Shown here: piece after piece, positions 1 through 13,938 of the stretch | Numbering within the stretch: the stretch's first letter is position 1 | Layout of the letters: every line of letters begins with the position of its first letter | From: Eledone cirrhosa | Taxonomy: Eukaryota | NCBI GenBank assembly: GCA_964016885.1 | Contig: OZ024742.1 | Location: 178,808,001 to 178,872,000 of the forward strand | DNA length: 64,000 nt | Reading direction: 5' to 3' | Notes under the pieces: generated by a model | Database searches by the model: none | The model's input: the letters and a program-made list of their open reading frames with translations, nothing else | Told to the model about the DNA's origin: nothing | Position numbers and translations under genes: made by a program

Positions 1-2370
1 GTTGGTGGTGGTGTTGGTGGTGATGGTGTTGGTGGTGGTGTTGGTGGTGATGGTGTTGGTGGTGATGGTGTTGGTGGTGATGGTGTTGGTGGTGGTGGTG
101 TTGGTGGTGATGGTGTTGGTGGTGGTGTTGGTGGTTGTGTTGGTGGTGATGTTGGTGGTGGTGGTGTTGGTGGTGGTGTGTTGGTGCTGGTGATAGTGCT
201 AGGATGTTGCTGGCGGATGGTGGTGTGGGCGTGGCGGATGGTGGTGTGGGCGTGATGGTGTTGGTGGCGGTGTTGGTGGTGATGGTGTTGGTGGTGGTGG
301 TGTTGGTGGTGATGGTGTTGGTGGTGGTGTTGGTGGTGGTGTTGGTGGTGACGGTGTTGGTGGTGGTGTTGGTGGTGATGGTGTTGGTGGTGATGGTGTT
401 GGTGGTGGTGGTGTTGGTGGTGATGGTGGTGGTGTTGGTGCTGGTGTGATGGCGCTGGTGATAGTGCTAGGATGTTGCTGGCGGATGGTGGTGTGGGCGT
501 GATGGTGTTGGTGGTGATGTTGGTGGTGATGTTGTTGGTGGTGGTGTTGGTGGTGATGGTGTTGGTGTTGGTGTTGGTGGTGACGGTGTTGGTGGTGGTG
601 TTGGTGGTGATGGTGTTGGTGGTGATGGTGTTGGTGGTGGTGGTGTTGGTGGTGATGGTGTTGGTGGTGATGGTGTTGGTGGTGGTGTTGGTGGTGGTGT
701 TGGTGGTGATGTTGGTGGTGGTGGTGGTGTTGGTGCTGGTGTGATGGCGCTGGTGATAGTGCTAGGATGTTGCTGGCGGATGGTGGTGTGGGCGTGATGG
801 TGTTGGTGGTGGTGTTGGTGGTGATGGTGTTGGTGGTGATGGTGTTGGTGGTGGTGTTGGTGGTGGTGTTGGTGGTGACGGTGTTGGTGGTGGTGTTGGT
901 GGTGATGGTGTTGGTGGTGATGGTGTTGGTGGTGGTGGTGTTGGTGGTGATGGTGTTGGTGGTGATGGTGTTGGTGGTGGTGTTGGTGGTGGTGTTGGTG
1001 GTGATGTTGGTGGTGGTGGTGGTGTTGGTGCTGGTGTGATGGCGCTGGTGATAGTGCTAGGATGTTGCTGGCGGATGGTGGTGTGGGCGTGATGGTGTTG
1101 GTGGTGATGTTGGTGGTGATGTTGTTGGTGGTGGTGTTGGTGGTGATGGTGTTGGTGTTGGTGTGGGCGTGATGGTGTTGGTGGTGGTGTTGGTGTTGGT
1201 GTGGGCGTGATGGTGTTGGTGGTGGTGTTGGTGGTGATGGTGTTGGTGTTGGTGTGGGCGTGATGGTGTTGGTGGTGGTGTTGGTGGTGATGGTGTTGGT
1301 GGTGATGTTGGTGGTGATGGTGTTGGTGGTGATGTTGGTGGTGATGGTGTTGGTGGTGATGGTGTTGGTGGTGGTGTTGGTGGTGATGGTGTTGGTGGTG
1401 ATGGTGTTGGTGGTGGTGTTGGTGGTGATGGTGTTGGTGGTGATGGTGTTGGTGGTGGTGTTGGTGGTGATGGTGTTGGTGGTGGCGTTGGTGGTGATGG
1501 TGTTGGTGGTGGCGTTGGTGGTGATGGTGTTGGTGGTGATGTTGGTGGTGATGGTGTTGGTGGTGGTGTGTTGGTGCTGGTGATAGTGCTAAGATGTTGC
1601 TGGCGGATGGTGGTGTGGGCGTGATGGTGTTGGTGGTGGTGTTGGTGGTGATGGTGTTGGTGGTGATGGTGTTGGTGGTGATGTTGGTGGTGATTGTGTT
1701 GGTGGTGGTGGTGTTGGTGGTGATGGTGTTGGTGTTGGTGTGGGCGTGATGGTGTTGGTGGTGGTGTTGGTGGTGATGGTGTTGGTGGTGATGGTGTTGG
1801 TGGTTGGTGGTGTGGGCGTGATGGTGTTGGTGGTGGTGTTGGTGGTGATGGTGTTCGTGGTGATGGTGTTGGTGGTGGTGTCGGTGGTGATGGTGTTGGT
1901 GGTGGTGTGGTGGTGACGGTGTTGGTGGTGGTGTTGGTGGTGATGGTGTTGGTGGTGGTGTTGGTGGTGATGGTGTTGGTGGTGTTGGTGGTGATGGTGT
2001 TGGTGGTGGTGTCGGTGGTGATGGTGTTGGTGGTGGTGTGGTGGTGTTGGTGTTGGTGGTGGTGTTGGTGGTGATGGTGTGCTGGTAGTCGTGTGTTGGT
2101 GGTAGTGTGGTAATAGCGATGGTGGAGGTGGTGGTTGTGTTGTGGTGGTAGTGTGATGTTAGTAATGGTGGAGGTGGTGGTGGTGTGTTGGTGGTGATGG
2201 TCGTGGCGGTTTTGGTGATGGCGACGGTTTTGGTGGTGGCAGTGATGGTGGTAGTGTAGTGGTGGAGGTGGTGGAGGTGTGGTGGCGGTGGTAGTGTGAT
2301 GTTAGTGATGATGGGGGTGGTAGTGTGGTGATAGTAACGGTGGAGGTGGTGATAGGGTGAGGGTGGGGTT
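1..2370. repeat. Compound (GGT/GAT/GTT) trinucleotide satellite with higher-order unit of about 270-295 bp
   Basis: Marker GTGATAGTGCTAGGATGTTGCTGGCGGATGG recurs at about 190, 458, 753, 1048 and 1580. Unit lengths 268 and 295 are not multiples of 3. Confidence 0.95.
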
Positions 2371-2559
2371 TGTATTTTTGATGATTGGAGGTAGAGATAG
2401 AAGTAAACTGTAAAATTATATAGTGAACAGATCTGTGAATGTGGTCAGCCTTTGTCCAATGTAACTGACCAACAGACAGGCAGACGACACATAATTGAAC
2501 AGTAGTACACACCGCAACCACTTTTAAACCCACAAGCACCCAACACACTCATTCACTGC

Positions 2560-2610
2560 CACAAAACACAAACATAAACGCCCAGACCAGACAAGGGCCA
2601 GACATAGATG

Positions 2611-2676
<66 letters not shown>

Positions 2677-3810
2677 ATACACCCACACATGAATACAAAC
2701 ATATATACACACAGGGACCACACACACACATATACACATACACAACCATACACGCCCAGACCAGACACTGGCCAGACATAGATTTTACACACACACACAC
2801 ACACGCACACACGCACACACGCACACACATACACACATGAATACAAACATATATATACACAGGGACCACACACACACATATACACATATACACATATACA
2901 CATGTACACATATACACATATACGCAGACTAGACACAGACAACACACACACAGACACACACATACGCACACACACACACATGAATACAAACATATATACA
3001 CACAGGGGCCACACACACTCACACATATATACATATACACATATATACAGACTAGACACAGACAACACACACACACACACACACACATCCACACACATAT
3101 ACACACATACACATGAATACAAACATAAATACACACAGGCACCACACACACACATATACACATATACACACACACAGACCAGACACAGACAACACACACA
3201 TACACACACACATCCACACACACACACACACATGAATGCAAACATAAATACACACATGGACCACACACACACATACACACATATACACACACACAGACCA
3301 GACACAGGCAACACACACATACACGCACACATACACATATCCACACACACACACACACACACATGAATGCAAACATAAATACACACATGGACCACACACA
3401 CACATATACACATATATACACACACAGACCAGACACAGACAACACACACATACACGCACACACACACGCATCCACACACACACACACACACACATGAATA
3501 CAAACATATATACACACATGGACCACACACACACATACACACATATACACACACACAGACCAGACACAGGCAACACACACATACACGCACACACACATCC
3601 ACACACACACACACACACACATGAATACAAACATATATACACACATGGACCACACACACACATATACACATATACACACACACAGACCAGACACAGACAA
3701 CACACACACATACACACACACACACTCACATACAAACACGAACGTACCCCATACACATCCGCCCACATACTCCTCTACACATATAAACCCCACACACATA
3801 TACAGAAACT
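2560..3810. repeat. CA-rich minisatellite, unit about 120-150 bp
   Basis: ATGAATACAAAC...CAGACCAGACACAG anchor repeats at about 2689, 2837, 2980, 3113, 3232, 3363, 3494 and 3621. Confidence 0.9.
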
Positions 3811-3818
3811 ATATTAAC

Positions 3819-4420
3819 TGGTGGATTGGCAGTATTATTAGAGCGTCGGACATTATGCTTTGCGGCATATAGTTACGGCCCATTACATACTGAGTTCAAA
3901 TCCCGCCGAGGTTAGCTTTGCCTTTCATCCTTACGGGGTCGATAAAATAAAGCACCAGTAATTACTGGGGTCGATTTAATCGACTTTCCCCTGCCCTCAA
4001 AATGCTTGGCCTAGTGCCTATATCAGAAATCATTATTTCTTTGGATTGGCAGTATCGGTAGAGGGTCGGACACCATGATTTGAAGCATAGAGTTACCTCC
4101 CTTTATGATCTGAGTTCAAATCCCGCCTAGGTTATTTTTGCCTTTCATCCTTACGGGGTCGATAAAATAAAGTACCAGTTATATAATTGGGTAATTGCTG
4201 GTCTTGTGCCAAAAGTAGAAACAATTATTTCTTGGATTGGCAGTATCGGTAGAGGGTCAGACGCCTTGCTTTGAAGCATAGAGCTACGTCCCTTTATGAT
4301 CTGATTTCAAATCTCGCCGAGGTTAACTTTGCCTTTCATCTTTACGGGGTCGATAAAATAAAGTACCGGTAATGTACTGTGTAATTGCTGGCCTTGTGCC
4401 AAAAGTAGAAACAATATTAC
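3819..4420 (+). mobile_element. Three head-to-tail tRNA-derived SINE copies (octopus-type; central domain resembling the MetaSINE/Sauria SINE domain)
   Basis: A-box-like TGGCAGTATCGG, B-box GAGTTCAAATCC, central GCCTTTCATCCTTACGGGGTCGATAAAATAAAGTACCAG and 3' GAAACAATTATT, repeated three times. Confidence 0.9.
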
Positions 4421-4809
4421 AATTATTTCTTTATAAACCCATAAACAAAAGTAACATACTTAAAGACGGTAAAATATTGCCAACAGTCGCTCCACTGGCA
4501 ACATTTTCCCGTCCCTAAGAGTCTTTACTCGATATTTATAAGCTATTTTATAACACCTGATAGTGATTGCAGTTATTTTCTGCGCCTGAGATTCTTACAT
4601 CTTATAAATTTATTTCCGCGTTGTTTAGTAAGTTCGAAAATTCGAGCTTCACAAAAGTAATATGTTTTCCTGGGATGGGAGGGAGGTGAGTTTTCGTGAA
4701 TAAAACATTAAAAAAAAGAATGTAATTCGGAAATGATAAAGTTAAAAGCAAGATAAAATAAAAGTAATAAATACAATTATTAACTTTGTTTTTCATAACG
4801 AAAACATAA

Positions 4810-5135
4810 CGCACCAGTAATGCACTAGGGTTGATTTCATCGACTTTCCTCTTCCATTCAAATCGCTGGCCTTGTGCCAAAAGCAGAATAAATTATTATT
4901 TCTAACATAGTAAGGACGGTTGATTGGCAGAGGCGTTAGAGCATCGGACAAACGTTTAGCAATATTTGTTAAAGCCCCTTACATTTTGAGTTCGAATTCC
5001 GCCTAGGTCAACTTTGTATTTCATCGTTCCGCGATCGATGAAATAAAATACCAGTCAGTTACTGGTAAGATAGAATAACTTTCCCTTCCTCCTAAATTAC
5101 TGGCCTTGTGCTAATGCTAGAAAGAATTATTTCTA
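4810..5135 (+). mobile_element. SINE 3' fragment followed by a diverged full SINE copy
   Basis: Same B-box, central domain and GCTGGCCTTGTGC tail as 3819-4420. Confidence 0.8.
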
Positions 5136-5616
5136 ACATCGTTCATGAAAAGGAGATACTGACATTTTTGATGAGGGAAGGTAAGCTGTGAAGATTAGGC
5201 TTTTCTTGACAAGGCTTATTAAGCATTTGTTGACTAAGCACAAATTCCCTTCATCAAATATGAAGCTTGAGGTTTTTTCCAAATGTTGCTGGCAGTAAAT
5301 GATATTATACTGTGTACCTCATGCTTTTGCAACGATCAACTTTTCTTAAATTTATTAATTCTTTCCTCCAGCTAAAATTTGAATTTCCAGTCTCGCCGAG
5401 GAGGGCTTTGTATGTATCCGAGACTACATAAAATGGTTATATAAACAGATATATTTAGTATATAGACATGTAAACGTATTAAATTTACGTATTTCTATGT
5501 ATATTGAAAATATTAATATGTGTATATGTGTGCCATTGTGTGAATGTGTGTGTGTGGAGAAATGCTAGTGGCAAAATGCCTGAGCGGTGGGCATTGCTTC
5601 AATTGTATACATATAA

Positions 5617-6062
5617 TTGTTTCTACTTTAGGCACAAGGCCAGCAATTATCCAGTGCATTACTGGTACTTTATTTTATCGACCCCGTAAGGATGAAAGGC
5701 AAAGTCAAGCTCCGCGGGATTCGAACTCAGATCGTAAATGGACGTAACTATGCTGGAAAGCATGGCGTCCGACTCTCTACCGATACTGCCAAATACAAAT
5801 AATATCTTGCACTCTGAATTAGTTTAGTGGGACAAAAAAAAACAGAATAATTTCAAAAACTCATTTCTGTCTTTGGGCGTTAAAATAATGGTTTCTGATT
5901 TAGGCACAAGGTCAACAATTAGTACTTTATTTTATCGACCCCGAAAGGATGAAAGGCAAGGCTAATCTCGGCAGGATTTGAACTCAGAACGTAAAGAGTC
6001 ATAAGTCTATGCCGCGAAGTATGGTGTCCGACGCTCTACCGATACTGTCAATCCACCGCCCT
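5617..6062 (-). mobile_element. Two SINE copies on the minus strand (5617-5792, 5890-6062)
   Basis: Reverse complement of the SINE consensus (GGATGAAAGGCAA, GGATTTGAACTCAG). Confidence 0.88.
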
Positions 6063-6199
6063 TTTGAATGTTAAAATAATGAGAAGTGAACATGAGAAAG
6101 AACCACTATAGCCCGAGCTGATCGAATCTTTTGGAACAGTTTTATATAATGAAATAGTGTAGACCTTGTCTATAAGTCATCTTAGTGAAAGAAACGGGC

Positions 6200-6694
6200 G
6201 TGTTTCGATCTTCTTAGATCTCTCAACGGGCTATATTCACCTAGAAGGTTGGCTTGACTGAAATACGGTCAAACAAATATTGTATTGGATTGCGCTTGTG
6301 AGCAGAAAGTTAGAGAAGCAAAATGGATGGTATCATCTGTGTATTAGAGGGTGTTGTTGGGGGTGACCTAAAGTAGGTTGTTGATAGATGAGACGAAGAA
6401 TATGACCACACCAGTGTTGACATAGTGTATGTGTGTTGGGGGGGAGGGAACTGAAAGAACACCCCCAAACACACTCCAAGTTAGTTGTGATTTGACTTGT
6501 AGTTATCGATTGAAGAGATGAGAAACGGATGTAGCGAAGAGGCGAGTAGTTTTGTCAGGTGATCTGCCTGCTTTGCATTTGTTGCGGGTAACAATTTTTC
6601 TTTCATCAACATTCTCGAGGGTGAGAGCGCACTGATAAATGACATAGGGGAATAGGTCTCCAGGACACCTGGCTAAAAACATACTAGTAGTCAT
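6200..6694 (-). pseudogene. Degenerate CR1/L2-type LINE reverse transcriptase fragment
   Basis: Minus-strand remnants of ...FDK...SHLFNR...GGV...INNL and YTDDT (about 6330-6345), the YxDD catalytic motif. Confidence 0.55.
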
Positions 6695-6697
6695 TAA

Positions 6698-6813
<116 letters not shown>

Positions 6814-6914
6814 GAGATAGAGAGTGGCGGTGGGAAGAGGGGCAGATTTAAGCGTTGGAAAAGTAGTTGTTAATGGCTGTCTCTATAACTTTTGAGATAT
6901 TAGAAGTATGTATG

Positions 6915-7040
6915 TGGGCACAGTATGAATGAATGGTTAATATGTGCGCTTCGCAATCATTTGGCTCCAGGTTCGATCCCACTGCGTGATATTTTGGCCA
7001 AGTCTTATTTACCATGACCTCGAGTCAATTCATACATACG
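6915..7040 (+). mobile_element. tRNA-headed CORE-type SINE fragment
   Basis: A-box-like TGAATGGTTAA, B-box GGTTCGATCCC, then CORE-like TTTTGGCCAAGTC. Confidence 0.6.
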
Positions 7041-7079
7041 GGAATCTGTCTGGGAGCCGGTCGAATGAACGGTACCTAT

Positions 7080-7495
7080 AACACTGGTCAACAAAATTTT
7101 GCTTTTATTCTGCAGATTTTATTCTTGGGAAATTTGGATCCGTTGATTGTCACGCATAATGTATGTAAACCATGTGTTGAAAATCTACGCCAATGGACAA
7201 AGGGCACCAGGAAACAACTAGCATTTGGCATTCCTATGGTATGGCGGGAGCCAAAGAACCATGCAGGAGATTACTACTTTTGTCTCACAAAGACTTCTGG
7301 TTATAGCAAGAAAACTCGACTGAAAATAAGTTATCCAAATCTAGATTCAACAATTCGTCCCGTGCTTCACTCAGATGAAAATCTGATGTGTTAGGAAAAA
7401 ATTGACGCCATATTTGAAATCAACACTTCAAAATTAGCTAAAAACAACAACAAAACATAAGTCAGCAAAAAGAGTCGAGTTATCTAGGGTATCCC
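7080..7495 (+). mobile_element. Internally deleted DNA transposon with transposase N-terminal fragment
   Basis: ORF 7014-7394 contains VCKPCVENLRQW...FGIPMVWREPKNHAGDYYFC...YPNLDS, a Cys/His motif typical of a widespread animal DNA transposase family. Superfamily is uncertain (recalled as TcMar-ISRm11-like). Confidence 0.65.
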
Positions 7496-7540
7496 AACGT
7501 ATTTATATGAAATTCGTTTTTAATGTACCCAGATAAAATG

Positions 7541-7634
<94 letters not shown>

Positions 7635-8129
7635 ACACAAAGATACACATAATACACACACATACACACAAGCACACACAAACACATACACATACACACA
7701 TACACACACAAACATACACAAACACACTCATACACACAAACAAATACACACATACGCAATTATAATCGATGTCAGATTAAAATGTCCAGTACAGCCGGAA
7801 GTTGGTTGTTTCTGGTGGGCAACGCTTTTCTCCTCATTTTCACAAGGGGGTGTATCTGAGATATATTGTGGGGTTTGGCTTGTCTTTTGTTTGGTTTTAT
7901 TGTTTTTTGAGGTGTTTTAAGATTGATTCAAGGTTTTTATACGAAAATGTTTAAATTCGATTTAATATAGCTTAAAAAAATGAACCCCCCCCCCAAAAAA
8001 AAAAAAACACAGGTAAAAAAAGAATACTTCCATTTTATCTATTTTATTTATTTTATTTATTTGTATTTTTTCTGCGGCGTATTTATTTTCTTTCCTACTT
8101 TCTATCAAGGAAGGGGGGTTTTTGTGGGG

Positions 8130-9200
8130 TTAATTGTGACGTCACGGTCGCGTGGGAATCAGGCGATGATAAGTATACGTGGGTGGTAAAAGCAAAAAAC
8201 AAAAACAAAAAACATATAACAACAAAAGCATAAAAATAATAACAAAAAAAAAAGAAAAAATAGATAACAGATAACAAATAAAAACCTTAAAAACAAACAA
8301 CATACAGGTAAACGTTTCATAGGAAGAAGCCCCCCCCCCTTCCCCAGACCTCCCACCCCCCAAAAAAAACATGCTAATAAACGAAATAAAACAGCAAATA
8401 GATAAATACAAATGACAATATCTTTATAAACACTGCGGTAGTCCGGTGTTCTGTTAACTGCTGCTGCTCACCAAACAACGTTTTATGCTGCTGTTGTCCC
8501 CCTCTCATGTTGTCTCTTACTCTCAGCCTCCTCCTCCTGCCCCCCCCCCCCCCGCCCCTTCGCTCGGATCAATCACTTTTGTAAAAAAGGAAGTCCTAAA
8601 CTGTTGTTATTAGTTCTTCTTCTTCTTCTTCTTCTTCTTCTTCTTCTTCTTCTTCTTCTTCTTCTTCTTCTTCTTCTTCTTCTTCTTCTTCTTCTTCTTC
8701 TTCTTCTTCTTCTTCTTCTTCTTCTTCTTCTTCTTCTTCTTCTTCGCCGGAAACGTCACCATCATCATCGTCAATGTCATCATCATCATTATCACTATCG
8801 GGGTGATGATGATGATCATCATCATCAACATACCGTCAGTATTTTTTTAAATTATTTTCTGGCTACTTTTGTCTTTTTCCTTTGGTTTCTTGTCTCGTAT
8901 TGTTGTGACCAATAGGATTTGACGTGGGAATATCGCTAATTATTTCCCTTGCTGATAATAAGATAACAAGAAAAAAGAAAGGAAGAAAAGGGCGGGGTGG
9001 GCCCTATGTAAACTAATGATTTTCAACATACACATACACCGATCATGGCGGTGGCGGTGGGAGGTAATTTGAAGTGTGGGGGCTGTTGTAATGGGGGACA
9101 AAGTAGGTAAATAAAGAATCAAATAGAGATAAAGTCGCCACACGACGGGGTATATTTCTACAGGTTTTATAAATATGCGCCATTTTCTGGGAACGACAAC
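8130..9200. promoter_or_regulatory. Possible host Pol II promoter region
   Basis: Unique, relatively CpG-rich DNA with CRE palindrome GTGACGTCAC (about 8136), ETS-like CCGGAA (8747), CCAAT (8909), GC box GGGCGGGGT (8990) and YY1-like CGCCATTTT (9178). No linked exon identified. Confidence 0.3.
8614..8745. repeat. (CTT)n microsatellite
   Basis: Pure CTT run. Confidence 0.98.
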
Positions 9201-9616
9201 GTTTCATTTATCATAGCCACTGTTGTCTCTAAGGTTAGAAAAATATATATTAACCTACCCCGTCAAACATTATCACCTAATGCGGGTTGAAGTAGTGAGG
9301 GAGCCTCTATACGGCCGCCAAACCTGCTAGAAATATTAACGAAATATCCCTTCAGTCATATCCCATAACGTCGTTAAAAAAGGGATGCACTGGATAAATT
9401 CCTCGTTGGTTTCGTGTCTGGATACGGGAAATGATGGGATGATCTCGGTTGGAATGTCTTTGATTATTGATCTGCTTGATCAAAGTTGTCCTCCTGGAGG
9501 TGTAAGATGATAGAGAACGAAAGACAGAGAAAAGAGGGAGATGCCTGTATAGAGAATTATAGAAGAGAAAGAGAAACAGTGTGAAAGGTAGTATATGTAT
9601 ATGTATATGTATATGC

Positions 9617-9648
<32 letters not shown>

Positions 9649-9741
9649 GTATGTGTGTGTATATATATATGTTTATGCATATATATATGCATATACATAT
9701 ATATATATACATACACACATACATATGTATATATATATATA

Positions 9742-9936
9742 TATTTTATAGAAGGAGCTTCTACAAGACTAGTACTGTTTCATTCAGATGAAATCTTCAG
9801 GAAGCCCACTGAAGATTTCATCTGAATGAAACAGTACTAGTCTTGTAGAAGCTCCTTCTATAAAATAAAAAAATTTTACTCTGCCATGTATTGAGTACCT
9901 TACTTACTGTGGTTATCCCCGACTCAACCCGGGACC

Positions 9937-9940
<4 letters not shown>
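9742..9940 (+). mobile_element. Fold-back PLE pLTR-like element with truncated hammerhead core
   Basis: Perfect 59-bp arms 9742-9800/9809-9867 with 8-nt loop. CTGAAGA(9809)...GAAAC-AGTACTA-GTC, then AATAAA and a tail. Flanked by (TA)n. Confidence 0.75.
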
Positions 9941-9991
<51 letters not shown>

Positions 9992-10170
9992 GTGTGTGTG
10001 TGTAAAGAGAAAGAAGGTTTCTTACTCAGTCTTAATGTGACAGGAGAATTTCCTGCTCTTCTCATCGAATTAAACAAACAAGCCGTGCTGTGAACAATAG
10101 AGATTCAAGATACACACTCATTCTATCAACTTCATTTTGTAACGGAGTTAGCACTCTCTATATCTATCTA

Positions 10171-10225
<55 letters not shown>

Positions 10226-10232
10226 ATGTATG

Positions 10233-10299
<67 letters not shown>

Positions 10300-10618
10300 T
10301 CAGTGATGCATCTGGACTCAATTTATTGCGTGTTACAATTGTTTCGCCGGCAGGTAGCTCGAGCGAGTGATAAAATTTGCTCCGAACGAATTACCCGTGT
10401 CTGAAGGAACCTGCAGCCGTAGAATCAGCCAGATCCATACAGGGACCATGTCTCGAGCTACCTACCGGCGAAACAATTGTAACACGCAATAAATTGAGTC
10501 CAGATGCATCACTGATTTTTCGTTTTCTTTATACTATCTACACTCTACCCTGCTGAATATTGAGTGGTAATTTTGGCATACTGCCTATGGAAGCACCATA
10601 GCTACCATTATACACAAG

Positions 10619-10620
<2 letters not shown>
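10300..10620 (+). mobile_element. Fold-back PLE pLTR-like element
   Basis: Inverted arms 10300-10363/10452-10515, between (TA)n tracts, with an internal hammerhead. Confidence 0.75.
10396..10486 (+). ncRNA. Type I hammerhead-like ribozyme with long stem II and A9G
   Basis: Stem I CGTGT/ACACG; core CTGAAGG; GAAAC-AATT-GTA cleavage triplet with palindromic loop III; AATAAA follows. Confidence 0.6.
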
Positions 10621-10655
<35 letters not shown>

Positions 10656-10732
10656 CTGTATATATGTGTTTGTCTCTGTGTATATATATATGTATATATA
10701 TATATATAGAGAGAGAGATAGATATAAATGCA

Positions 10733-10763
<31 letters not shown>

Positions 10764-10959
10764 TCCCTTCTAATGCTTTACAAATGCTTTTTTCTTTATA
10801 TTTGGTTTTTTCCTTTAAAAATCATAATTTCTTTCCATGTCTCAAATACGGCCACATTGCACTGGTATCAGTTTCAACTCAGAGAAGGACAAAGATTCAA
10901 ACACTAACTAGACTATATAAAAGTCTATTCTAAAAAATCATCAAGCATCACGAAGAGTG

Positions 10960-11160
10960 TTCCAGTTGTTTAAACAACAGAGCAGCTTGCTAGTTAATTT
11001 AACGAAGTCGCTGAGCATTCTACAGCTACAGATAGATGCGCACCCTTAACGTAGTTCTATATGGTGAAATAAATTGTTTTGCTCAACGACACATGGTGAC
11101 GCGGGAAATAGAACACAAGATCATACGATTGGTAGCCGTACGCTTTAACCAATAAGTTAC
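10960..11160 (-). mobile_element. CORE-type tRNA SINE
   Basis: Minus strand has a tRNA-like head, CORE-like TGTGTCGTTGAGCAAAACA and GAACTACGTTAAGGGT. Related sequence at about 45000-45120. Confidence 0.6.
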
Positions 11161-11208
11161 ACGCAAACTCACACATGCACACACACACACACTCACGCAC
11201 ACACACAC

Positions 11209-11365
<157 letters not shown>

Positions 11366-11675
11366 ATATATATATATATATAATATATATATATATATAT
11401 AAAGAGAGAGAGAAAGAGAGAGAGAGAGAAAAAGAGGGATAGATATACAAAGAAAGAGATGGGCAGATATACAGAGATAGATAGATAGAGAGCGAGAGAG
11501 AGAGAGGGAGAGAGAGCGGAGTGGGGGGGGGGGGGGGGGTTAGAATCTAGCAAGTGGGTAAATATTCAATACTATCCTTGCAGTTTCATAACCAAATCTT
11601 CCTTTATGAGTGGTCAGACAATGTACAGCAAGCAAGAGAGAAAGAAAGAGAGAGAGAGAGAGTGAGACAGATATA

Positions 11676-11735
<60 letters not shown>

Positions 11736-11737
<2 letters not shown>

Positions 11738-12510
11738 CTGTCTGAACGTAATGTTATTACTCTGGGCTCCTTCCTCATCCGAGTGCTAAAGCTACAGACC
11801 GATTATGCATACGTTAGCTTGGCCGTGTTCTAAAGCTTCGTCAATGCTGTACTAAAATTTATATTTACTCCTAGAATTAACGATTAACTGATTAATTTAA
11901 TTAGATGATTCTATTGATTGATTAATTGTTTATGTTTGTTTGATAACTTCTGGTTGAGTGCTTAATTCGGTTTGTCTAAAGGGATTCATTCCTTTATCTC
12001 AAATTGGAATTCACCGCCTAAGCGGGGGTTACCTCCCTTGGAGAAAACCACGTGTCTATGGCGACATTTAAAGCTACAACATACCCGCTCAGGCTAAGAA
12101 CGAAAGACTTGCTGAAGAAGGAAATCCTATGTTCTGTCGTCAAAAACCATTAAATTGCAGACTCCTGCAATCGGGATTTGTCGATCTTGGATTTGCAGAA
12201 ACTTAGCGCTGATGTTGTTTGCTGTATATGATGTATATTGTTGATATACGATGTAAGTTATATATTTTGCACTCAGCCTCACCGCTCTGTCCGAGTCAGT
12301 ATAACATCTTTTCCTGGGTCCTGTATTTTCGTTGCTCTAGTGATGCGGCTGGACTGCCGACCGCTATATCTGATTTGCTAAGCTGTCTGAACGTAATGTT
12401 ATTACTCTGGGGTCCTTCCTCATCCGAGTGCTAAAGCTACAGACCGATTATGCATTCGCTACCTTGGCCGTGTTCTAAAGCTTCGTCAATGCTGTACTAA
12501 AATTTATATA
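11736..12510 (+). mobile_element. Partial-tandem PLE pLTR-like element in (TA)n
   Basis: About 127-bp direct repeat at 11736-11862 and 12380-12507. Degenerate CTGAAGA...GAAAC at about 12113-12201. Confidence 0.65.
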
Positions 12511-12520
12511 TATATATATA

Positions 12521-12769
12521 TAAATTATTAAACAAATAATGAATAAACAAAGAAACAGTTCCTTATATTAAACAAAAAAAGTTCATTTAATATAAGGAAC
12601 TGTTTCTTTGTTTATTCATTATTTTTTTAATAATTTATCTCGACTCTGTTTTCCGTTTATCTTTCACCGAAAGTGATTTTTGAATGCATCTCTTCTTTTC
12701 ATGATATCCGGATTACATTGAGTTCTTCATACGGATTGGACACTACCGTAAACTTTTGGTAGATTTATC

Positions 12770-12770
<1 letters not shown>
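12521..12770 (+). mobile_element. Fold-back element; same family at about 49570-49790
   Basis: Hairpin 12521-12638. Shared termini AAATAATGAATAAACAAAGAAACAGTTCC and TTTTGGTAGATTTATCTA in both copies. Confidence 0.7.
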
Positions 12771-12804
<34 letters not shown>

Positions 12805-12833
12805 ATGTATGTATCTCTCTCTCTCTCTCTCTC

Positions 12834-12934
<101 letters not shown>

Positions 12935-13499
12935 TATCAGATTAAAGTTTAAGCAAAGAATCGCTGGTTTCACCCTTAACGGGATCTTCTGAAACCCAAA
13001 AAATCAATCTGTTAACGCAGAAGTAAATATTTCGAAAAACGTTGCAACCGAAGGAAAGCAGGAAGACGATACTTTGGTTTGTGAAGACGTTCCCAGACAA
13101 TGAACGGAAAAAAGCGAAGATAATACGTCGTTATATGGACCGCTGAGAACAATTACACGCAAAGACAAAACGACGTTTATGGTATAATTGGAGTCGTAGA
13201 TTAATATTCTATTTAGGAAACCGAATGATTCTCGACTTCAGAGATAAGAATAATGTAAATAAACTAGTTGAACGAAAATGACAGAGGTTATTAAAATCAT
13301 AAAATCAATAATAATTAAATATATACATACACGCATCTAAATACGTACATACGCACTCCCTATGCATGCATATACATGCACGTACACCTAAACACGCGCA
13401 CACATACATAAACCCGCGCGACACATGTACTCGCACACATACGAACGTATACACCAAATAGACATAAGAAATATATGTGTGTGTGTGTGTGTGCAACTG

Positions 13500-13564
<65 letters not shown>

Positions 13565-13580
13565 GTATATATATATATAT

Positions 13581-13618
<38 letters not shown>

Positions 13619-13679
13619 TATTATATATATTATGGAATATTGTTGGCTTCTTGCTGCAATAATTTCTATACTTTTCATT

Positions 13680-13770
<91 letters not shown>

Positions 13771-13938
13771 CGAAAGGGATATTCAATTTGTTGGTAATTC
13801 AACAAATATATAACTGATTCAGAGCACCCAACACGTTTTCTGGAGTATAATATTCAATGATATTAAGATATCCAAGGAAAACTTGAACTGTTAAGGTATC
13901 TTTTCTTGGTTATGTCAACATTTATAAAACAAACTTTG

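Noticed and set aside
1-2370. Mucin/extensin-like or poly-Val coding exon
   Set aside because: Higher-order units (268 and 295 bp) shift frame and contain stops; this is a non-coding satellite.
2549-3872. Long Cys/Val and His/Thr ORFs (also the many YI-rich ORFs across the window)
   Set aside because: These are translations of (CA)n and (TA)n repeats.
3819-4420. tRNA genes
   Set aside because: A and B boxes are present but there is no cloverleaf; these are SINE heads.
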